Part shown: one piece after another, positions 57,880-64,000 of the stretch
Position numbering within the stretch: the stretch's first letter is position 1
How the letters are laid out: each line of letters starts with the position of its first letter
NCBI GenBank assembly: GCA_018817715.1
Contig: JAHITT010000001.1
Span: forward strand, 34,690-98,689
Length of the DNA: 64,000 nucleotides
Source of the DNA: Patescibacteria group bacterium
GTDB lineage: Bacteria; Patescibacteriota; Patescibacteriia; Veblenbacterales; UBA10138
Reading direction: 5' to 3'
Translations under genes and position numbers: made by a program
The notes under the pieces: generated by a model
Seen by the model: only the letters and a program-made list of their open reading frames with translations
Told to the model about the DNA's origin: nothing
The model's database searches: none

Positions 57880-58094
57880 TTTTACACCTAATTTATTTGC
57901 CCCTACCTTAAACCCAGCCTAAAAAAATGTCAAATAAAAAAGCGGCTATATTAATTATAAATACGCCACTTTGTTTAGTACTTTTTATTTTATTTTTAAC
58001 AAGCAATCGACCCGGAATTGGGGGGAGAAATAGGTCGATTGCCTGGCTAAGACAGGGGCCAGCCAGATATCCCCTGTTTTCTCTCCTTTTCCCG

Positions 58095-58262
58095 TTAGGA
58101 GGTTGTTCTGTCCCTTTTGGACTGCCAATGCCACTTCCCAAATAAAAATGAATACTTAATTGCCATAAAAATAACCAACAAATTAAAACAAGTTATTATG
58201 ACTAAATAAGCATCATAAGCAATGTCAGCCAAAGAATTAAAAGCTGATAATATTGATTCCAT
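58095..58262 (-). CDS. 55-aa single-TM microprotein (MESILSAFNSLADIAY...)
   Basis: TAATG overlap with the upstream ORF and an AAGGAAGG SD; this is the 3' part of track ORF 58095-58391. Confidence 0.6.
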   Translation of the reverse strand: MESILSAFNSLADIAYDAYLVIITCFNLLVIFMAIKYSFLFGKWHWQSKRDRTTS

Positions 58263-58420
58263 TACCTTCCTTTTATTTTTGATAATTTTTTTGCGTCCCA
58301 ATAAAAAAATGAAAATACAAAAAATACAGTAAAACAGGATATAACAATACAAGAAACCAAGAGAATAATAACGAAATAAATAATTTCCCAATTAATTAGG
58401 TTAATCCAATAATTCCACAT
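58262..58420 (-). CDS. 52-aa single-TM microprotein (MWNYWINLINWEIIYFVII...)
   Basis: Read by hand; GGAGG SD 6 nt before ATG. Confidence 0.6.
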   Translation of the reverse strand: MWNYWINLINWEIIYFVIILLVSCIVISCFTVFFVFSFFYWDAKKLSKIKGR

Positions 58421-58421
58421 T

Positions 58422-58565
58422 TTATTCCTCCGAACTATTTAGTTTATTTTTTAATTTATTATAATTTGGCAATTTAATTATTCTTACCAGGCCAATAATA
58501 ACTAAACACAGGGATAAAACTACTGTTGTAAATAGAACAATTTTAAAAGCTGGCTGAAAATTCAT
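58422..58565 (-). CDS. 47-aa single-TM microprotein (MNFQPAFKIVLFTTVVLSLCLVII...)
   Basis: Read by hand; AAAGGAG SD 7 nt before ATG. Confidence 0.6.
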   Translation of the reverse strand: MNFQPAFKIVLFTTVVLSLCLVIIGLVRIIKLPNYNKLKNKLNSSEE

Positions 58566-58622
58566 TCACATCTCCTTTTTGGGTTTGCGAGTTTTTAAAG
58601 TATTTTTTGTTTTAAGTACTTT

Positions 58623-58651
58623 ATAATATCCACAAAAAACGCATTTGTCAA
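58623..58651 (-). promoter_or_regulatory. sigma70 promoter of the microprotein operon
   Basis: TTGACA-N17-TATTAT. Confidence 0.65.
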
Positions 58652-58688
58652 TCCTTTTCAAGGGATAAACTTAAATATTATAAATAAA

Positions 58689-58720
58689 AATTCTATTTTT
58701 TGACGTCAAAAAATAGAATT
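58689..58720. repeat. 32-bp perfect loop-less palindrome
   Basis: AATTCTATTTTTTGAC|GTCAAAAAATAGAATT. Confidence 0.9.
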
Positions 58721-58820
58721 CAAAGTAACTATAAGGAATTATAGTGATACCTCTTTAACCCACTCCTTAATAAGTAGAATATACCCTCAAGTTCAAAAAA
58801 CTTCAATACATCGACAAATA

Positions 58821-60077
58821 CTACTCGGAAATAATTATCAAATTCTTACTTACCAATTCATCCAAAGTAGCGTTAAGTTTAATAGTTTTTCCATCACGAC
58901 TAACTGTAAATTCAATTTTAGTGCCTGGCCGATACTGTTGTATAGCCGCTGATAAACTTAATCTATCTAAACGCTGATTATCTACGGTCAGAATAACATC
59001 ATTTTCTTTAAAACCAGCCGCTGCTGCTGGTGTTTTAGCAGTTACAGCTGATAATTTGCCAGCCGTTAATAAAATAGCGCCTTCGGCTAATTTTATATCT
59101 TCGGGAATAAAAGTTTTTAACCAATTACTTTGTGAATAAGCTACGCCCAACCTCGGCCTTCTTACCTGCTTATCGGCGAATAAACCGTCGATTATAGCAC
59201 CAATAGAATCAATAGGTACAATCGCCCGCCACTCACCTTCCCACTTACCAAGCAAACCTAAAACCTCACCACGAGTATTACTTATGGGCATACCAGCCAT
59301 ACCTTGTGGTATGGTTTGGTCCAATAAATATCTATCGGGTAAAACTTCCGAAGAGACTACTAAATCAGTCCGACTGGCTGCTCCCTTAGCTGTTAAACTG
59401 GATAAACGTCGAACATAAAAAGAAGGAACAATATTTTGACTATTCTTACCAACAGCCAACACAGTTTGCCCTAAAGATAAACCACCAGAATTAGCAAAAG
59501 CAGTCGCTGTTAAATTATTAGCTTTAACTTTAAGGTAAGTTAAAGGTACGGTGGGGTCGACTACTATAGCTTCCACGGCATGCACCGCGCCATCATCAGT
59601 TGAAACCACCAAATTTTTACTGGCCGTACTAACTACTGCCTGAGTCGTTACTATCCAACCATCGCTAGATAAAACCAATCCTTGTCCCAAAGATTCCGAC
59701 CACAAATAAGCCTGATCCAATAAGTCGGCGTCTTTTTTTAATTCACGAGCTACAAAAACTGCCACGACTGATTTACTAAAATAGCCAACTGTTTGCTGAT
59801 TAAATTCCGGTGATAAAGCTACCGTTGTTCTTACTGGCTTATCGGTTAAAGGCAGAGCCACACTTGACTGCCAAATATTTACCACAATAATTGCACCAAT
59901 AAACCCGGCTAATAAAGACATTATCACCACAACAATTAAACCGCCCCAACCAGCCAAACCTCGGCCTTTATCATTTTTAGGCGTCTTAAAAAAACGACTA
60001 TTTCGTTCGCGATAAATACTACGAACTTCTTTTTCGTAATCTAAATTATCATTTTTTTCTGATGTTGGATGAGTCAT
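58821..60077 (-). CDS. HtrA/DegP-like (S1C) protein with PDZ domain, degenerate active site
   Basis: TM helix, G.G.VLSSDGWIVT, RPRLGV and PAAAAG.K..DVI; the catalytic His and Ser motifs are altered. Confidence 0.85.
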   Translation of the reverse strand: MTHPTSEKNDNLDYEKEVRSIYRERNSRFFKTPKNDKGRGLAGWGGLIVVVIMSLLAGFIGAIIVVNIWQSSVALPLTDKPVRTTVALSPEFNQQTVGYFSKSVVAVFVARELKKDADLLDQAYLWSESLGQGLVLSSDGWIVTTQAVVSTASKNLVVSTDDGAVHAVEAIVVDPTVPLTYLKVKANNLTATAFANSGGLSLGQTVLAVGKNSQNIVPSFYVRRLSSLTAKGAASRTDLVVSSEVLPDRYLLDQTIPQGMAGMPISNTRGEVLGLLGKWEGEWRAIVPIDSIGAIIDGLFADKQVRRPRLGVAYSQSNWLKTFIPEDIKLAEGAILLTAGKLSAVTAKTPAAAAGFKENDVILTVDNQRLDRLSLSAAIQQYRPGTKIEFTVSRDGKTIKLNATLDELVSKNLIIISE

Positions 60078-60095
60078 AACTATTTTCTAAATTTA

Positions 60096-60932
60096 TTAAA
60101 ACCAAGCGGCGGTTAATAATACTAAAAATAAAACTATTAATAAAATTATTATTTCTTGAATATATTGGCGTTTATTAATAAAACCTTGAGCTTCCTGATT
60201 TAAACTTAAAGCCAAAATAATATAAATTACAGCCAAACAAAAACCCGATACATAAGAATCAAGGGGTAGCCACATCACTAATACAAAAGCTTGCAATTGA
60301 ATAAACAAAGCAGCTAATCCATAAGGCCAGTGTTTGGCCAATGACCAATTATTAACTTGCATTAAACCCCAAAACAAAAAAGGTAACGGACTAAAAAATA
60401 CAGCTAACAATTTCCAAAAAGAAACATCCAAATAAACCAAAAAATTATTAGCCGAAGCACCTAAAATAAAAACAGTTACTGCACCAACCACCATAGTTGG
60501 CATAGGTCCGGCAGCCCTAGCTAAAGCAAAAAATTTTTGAGCATGCCTTTGCCACTCGCTTAAATACCACCAAGACAAAGCCATAAAAATAAATAAAAAT
60601 ATTATTCTTTGCCAGGTATAATTAAAAAATAACCAAAGATTAAAACTCCCACTCCAAAATAAAAACAAAAACAAACTACCCGCTAACCAGGCAGTCAAAT
60701 AATCAATTTTAAACCAAAAAAACCAAACTAATAATAACAATAAAATAGACCAAACTACAGCTGTTAAAGGTAAAAAAATTGGTTGCCACCAAGTAACCAG
60801 TAAATCCAAAACCGCCAAAATTATAAAAAAACTAACCAATTTATTAGCCCAACTATGGCTACGAGTAGGTAATTGCCTAAACAGCAAGTTACTCCAAGAT
60901 GTTATTTGAAAAAATCTATTATTAAAAACCAT
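60096..60932 (-). CDS. Multi-pass membrane protein
   Basis: 278 aa, highly hydrophobic. Confidence 0.7.
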   Translation of the reverse strand: MVFNNRFFQITSWSNLLFRQLPTRSHSWANKLVSFFIILAVLDLLVTWWQPIFLPLTAVVWSILLLLLVWFFWFKIDYLTAWLAGSLFLFLFWSGSFNLWLFFNYTWQRIIFLFIFMALSWWYLSEWQRHAQKFFALARAAGPMPTMVVGAVTVFILGASANNFLVYLDVSFWKLLAVFFSPLPFLFWGLMQVNNWSLAKHWPYGLAALFIQLQAFVLVMWLPLDSYVSGFCLAVIYIILALSLNQEAQGFINKRQYIQEIIILLIVLFLVLLTAAWF

Positions 60933-60940
60933 AACTTACT

Positions 60941-61390
60941 TTAATCCGATTCATCAACTAATAAAGCAGTTAACTTAGATTGATATTCAACTAATTTATC
61001 AGAAGACATTTTATCTTGCTTTAATTCATCCTTTAATTTATCAGCCGTTAACATTAAATCCAAATGATGCGCTTGTTCTTGTAAGGGAACATTAAGAGCT
61101 AAAATTCCCTGACGTAACTCCTCCACCATTGCTAAATCCTCTTTATCCATTGGTTCTGCTAAAGTAAGTCTAAATTTATTTGTTAAATCAGTTAAACCTT
61201 TCTGATAAATTTTTTCCACCGGCAAAGCCGCTTCAGCAAATAAGGTAGCGACTGATTGCTGATTAACCACTGCTTCATTAGATTTAACTTTTTCCGCTGA
61301 ATTCTTAACAAAATAGTTAAACCAAACCAAACCGACCAATAATAAAATTACGGCTGCTACAATAATAAAAGGAGTAAAACGAATTTTCAT
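60941..61390 (-). CDS. Single-TM helical hypothetical protein
   Basis: TM helix and L.VP....HL.L motif; start refined to MKIRF. Confidence 0.65.
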   Translation of the reverse strand: MKIRFTPFIIVAAVILLLVGLVWFNYFVKNSAEKVKSNEAVVNQQSVATLFAEAALPVEKIYQKGLTDLTNKFRLTLAEPMDKEDLAMVEELRQGILALNVPLQEQAHHLDLMLTADKLKDELKQDKMSSDKLVEYQSKLTALLVDESD

Positions 61391-61436
61391 AACTAACTTT
61401 ATTATAACCCCTAAAGTAAGCCCCGACAACCTTAGT

Positions 61437-61778
61437 CTAAGCCAATAAACCCATTTCGGCCACTTGAGCCAAAGAAACCTCCACCAATTCGCCTGATACT
61501 GGATGAGCCAATAAAACCCTAAGGGTTAAGGTGTGCTCGTTAGCATCATACTGATATTCTACAGTTGTACCCGAACCTATTCGTTTAGAATAAATAGTTT
61601 TTTTACCGATTATTTTAGGCGTACTTAAAAGTTCAAACCTCATTAAACCTTGGTCACTAATAAATTCCACATATTCCAAATGGCCTGCTTCATCGGCTAA
61701 AGCTTGCTTACCGCTTTGAGCCGCCGGAAAACGTTCTTTTAATTTGGCTGCTAAATCTTTCCAACGTTCGTGAGTCAT
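61437..61778 (-). CDS. Conserved-looking hypothetical protein
   Basis: MTHERW...PKIIGKKT.YS.RIG...VEY.Y; start refined to 61778. Confidence 0.7.
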   Translation of the reverse strand: MTHERWKDLAAKLKERFPAAQSGKQALADEAGHLEYVEFISDQGLMRFELLSTPKIIGKKTIYSKRIGSGTTVEYQYDANEHTLTLRVLLAHPVSGELVEVSLAQVAEMGLLA

Positions 61779-61812
61779 AATAATAGAATTAAGAATAAGG
61801 GATTTATAATAA

Positions 61813-62187
61813 TTAAAAATCAAAATTAAAAATGTGTTCCTTATCAACCTCATAAGTACTCATTGATTTTTGATGCTCTGGTGTATAAATTTTAGTAATA
61901 ACAAATTTACCAGTAGTCGTCCCTTTGGCCGCATTAATAGTTTGTTCTATTATTTGAATATGACCCCAATACAACCATTGGTTATTAACATTATGAACTA
62001 AAAAAACCCGAAGGGGTGCCGGATGAAATAATCTAAAACCTGGCTTATCAAAAAAAGAAAAAACTCGGCCAGCAAAATTATCAGCCGTAAAAGGTTTTTT
62101 TAAATGTTTTTTCAAATCTAATTCTTCAGGAAAACCCTGTTGACTAGTTAACTGTAAAGTGTCATTAAATTCTATTTTACTACCCAT
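61813..62187 (-). CDS. Hypothetical protein
   Basis: 124 aa, MGS.IEFNDTLQLT..QGFP; in operon with rarA. Confidence 0.7.
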   Translation of the reverse strand: MGSKIEFNDTLQLTSQQGFPEELDLKKHLKKPFTADNFAGRVFSFFDKPGFRLFHPAPLRVFLVHNVNNQWLYWGHIQIIEQTINAAKGTTTGKFVITKIYTPEHQKSMSTYEVDKEHIFNFDF

Positions 62188-62202
62188 AATTAATTGTTTT
62201 AT

Positions 62203-63477
62203 TTATTCTAAATATTTTTTACCCTTTAAATTGTCTGGCAAATAATCTTGATCCACCGGCTCTTTAAAATCGGGGTTATATTTATAACCCTTACCATAAC
62301 CCAAATTTTTCATTAATTTAGTCGGAGCATTTCTTAAATGAAGGGGCACGGAATCGTCGATTGTTTTAAAAACATCCTCTTGTACTTTTAAATAAGCTTT
62401 ATACAAAGCGTTAGATTTAGGGGCTTTAGCTAAATAAACCGTAGCTTGGGCCAAGGCCACATTACACTCCGGCATACCCAACTGATGCGCCGCTTGAAAA
62501 GCGGCCACGGCCTGCAATAAAGCATTGGGATCGGCTAAACCAATATCTTCTGAAGCAAACCTAACTAATCGACGAGCCACATATAAAGGCTCTCCACCAG
62601 CTTCCAGCATTCTAGCTAACCAATACAAAGCCGCATTAGCATCGGAACCTCTTAAGGATTTATGCAGGGCTGATATTAAATTATAATGTTCTTGTCCGTT
62701 TTTATCGTATTTTAAATGGGTGCGCTGTAAACTCTGCTGAAGAACTTGCTCGGTTAATTCTGCTTGGTTATTTTTTAAACTGGATTTAACAGCTAATTCT
62801 AAAACATTCAAAGCTAAACGGGAATCACCGTTAGCTAAATTAGCTATATAATCTACAGCTTGTTCGACACCAGTTATTTTATAATTTCCTAAACCCCTTT
62901 CTTTATCCACCAGGGCCCGCTTTAAAATATTTTTTAAATTATCAGCTGACAAAGATTGTAAAACAATTACCCGAACTCGAGACAACAAAGCGCTAATTAC
63001 TTCAAAAGAGGGATTTTCTGTGGTAGCACCAATTAAAGTTATGGCACCGTTTTCCACATAAGGCAGTAAGGCATCTTGTTGGGCTTTATTCCAACGATGT
63101 ATTTCATCTACAAATAAGATAGTCCGAAGGCTATTTAATTTACGACGATCAATGGCCTGTTTTATTTCCGTGCGCAAATCGGCCAAACCACTACTAACGG
63201 CGGACATTTGAACAAAATACGATTGACTAACCGAAGCGATAATTCTAGCCAAAGTAGTTTTACCTGTGCCCGGTGGCCCCCAAAAAATCAAAGACGGTAC
63301 TTCGTCTTTCTCCAATAAACGCCTTAATAATTTATCTGGTCCAACTACTTCCAGTTGCCCTTCAAATTCATCCCAGGTTAACGGCCGCAAACGATCGGCC
63401 AAAGGAGCTTCCTTTTTTAACAAATCGTCTAAAGCGGCCTGCCATAAATCAGCTGAATTGTTTCTTTTGGTTAGCAT
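62203..63477 (-). CDS. rarA: Replication-associated recombination protein A (MgsA)
   Basis: PLADRLRP, WGPPGTGKTT, DEIHR.NKAQQD, GATTENP, ISALHKS.RGSD and VPLHLRNAPT. Confidence 0.97.
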   Translation of the reverse strand: MLTKRNNSADLWQAALDDLLKKEAPLADRLRPLTWDEFEGQLEVVGPDKLLRRLLEKDEVPSLIFWGPPGTGKTTLARIIASVSQSYFVQMSAVSSGLADLRTEIKQAIDRRKLNSLRTILFVDEIHRWNKAQQDALLPYVENGAITLIGATTENPSFEVISALLSRVRVIVLQSLSADNLKNILKRALVDKERGLGNYKITGVEQAVDYIANLANGDSRLALNVLELAVKSSLKNNQAELTEQVLQQSLQRTHLKYDKNGQEHYNLISALHKSLRGSDANAALYWLARMLEAGGEPLYVARRLVRFASEDIGLADPNALLQAVAAFQAAHQLGMPECNVALAQATVYLAKAPKSNALYKAYLKVQEDVFKTIDDSVPLHLRNAPTKLMKNLGYGKGYKYNPDFKEPVDQDYLPDNLKGKKYLE

Positions 63478-63553
63478 AATTATTATTTTAATTATACCAT
63501 GCCTGACTATATTGTTATTTACTTAAATTTACTTATAAATTATTAACTTATAA

Positions 63554-63582
63554 TTGACAAAAAAGTATAAAAAGTGTATAAT
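63554..63582 (+). promoter_or_regulatory. Perfect-consensus sigma70 promoter with no downstream ORF
   Basis: TTGACA-N17-TATAAT. Confidence 0.7.
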
Positions 63583-63604
63583 AATTCCAATTTAATACCT
63601 ACTT

Positions 63605-63633
63605 AAATCCCCTTAAACGTCTGGGGATTTTTT
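63605..63633. terminator. Intrinsic terminator
   Basis: AAATCCCC-N10-GGGGATTTTTT. Confidence 0.7.
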
Positions 63634-63650
63634 ATTGTTTAAAAAATATC

Positions 63651-64000
63651 TTAAAAAAACATTAAATAACCCAATAACAAACTCAAAATCATACGATATA
63701 TTCCAAAAATAATAAAATTATGATTCTGAATATATTTGAGTAAAAATTTAATAGCCAACAAGGCCACAATAAAAGAAACAACCAAACCAATTAACAATAC
63801 ATCCACCTGCTGACTAATCAACCACCAATCACTTTTTAATAAATCCCACAAAGTAGCGGCAACCATAGTTGGCACAGCTAATAAAAAAGAAAATTCCACA
63901 ATTGTTTTACGCGGTAAACCAACAGCTAAACCACCAACAATTGTGGCTGCGGCCCTAGAAACACCCGGCACCATAGCAAGCGACTGAGCCAAACCAATCC
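63651..64000 (-). CDS. uppP: Undecaprenyl-diphosphatase, 5' part outside the window
   Basis: GLAQSLAMVPGVSR..TI.GG, EFSFLLAVP and FGIYR. Confidence 0.93.
   Translation of the reverse strand, partial: IGLAQSLAMVPGVSRAAATIVGGLAVGLPRKTIVEFSFLLAVPTMVAATLWDLLKSDWWLISQQVDVLLIGLVVSFIVALLAIKFLLKYIQNHNFIIFGIYRMILSLLLGYLMFF

Noticed and set aside
58263-58391. N-terminal part of track ORF 58095-58391 (98 aa)
   Set aside because: It has a TTG start with no SD; two coupled SD-led ORFs (58262-58420 and 58095-58262) explain the region better.
1700-63526. Numerous short ORFs antisense to or nested in clear genes (e.g. 1700-2044, 4620-5042, 50144-50512, 52229-52633, 57612-57806, 57927-58145, 63266-63526)
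   Set aside because: They are shadow frames with no family motifs, mostly with non-ATG starts.

Overview
This is an AT-rich bacterial chromosomal window with a strong strand skew: the + strand is C/A-rich throughout and most genes lie on the - strand. Gene content points to Patescibacteria/CPR, Parcubacteria-like (inference). It carries ftsW-murD-mraY, a type IV pilus assembly/minor-pilin cluster, rpmA, pyrG, rplI, an S41 protease and murA. It also has a large surface-glycan region (rml genes, GT2/GT4/GT-C transferases, metK, GtrA), an S8/FG-GAP protease, three secreted surface proteins including a 1213-aa S-layer-like protein, an ECF sigma factor with a DUF5667-like partner, rarA and uppP. 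No rRNA, tRNA, CRISPR array, transposase or integrase was recognised. The unexplained signals are mostly non-coding. (1) Two long structured 5' leaders in front of surface-protein genes share ordered motifs and a covarying hairpin. (2) A family of 7-nt-periodic palindromes sits at operon junctions, and one of them encloses a four-helix-bundle (IVS/Avd-like) gene. (3) A TrpR-like gene is bracketed by twin 40-bp palindromes with a compensatory change. (4) A free-standing ~310-nt structured RNA candidate lies between rpmA and pyrG. (5) Five 44-57-aa membrane microproteins, four absent from the ORF track and one mis-started, lie between two loop-less palindromes. All family calls come from motif recognition by eye, not database searches.
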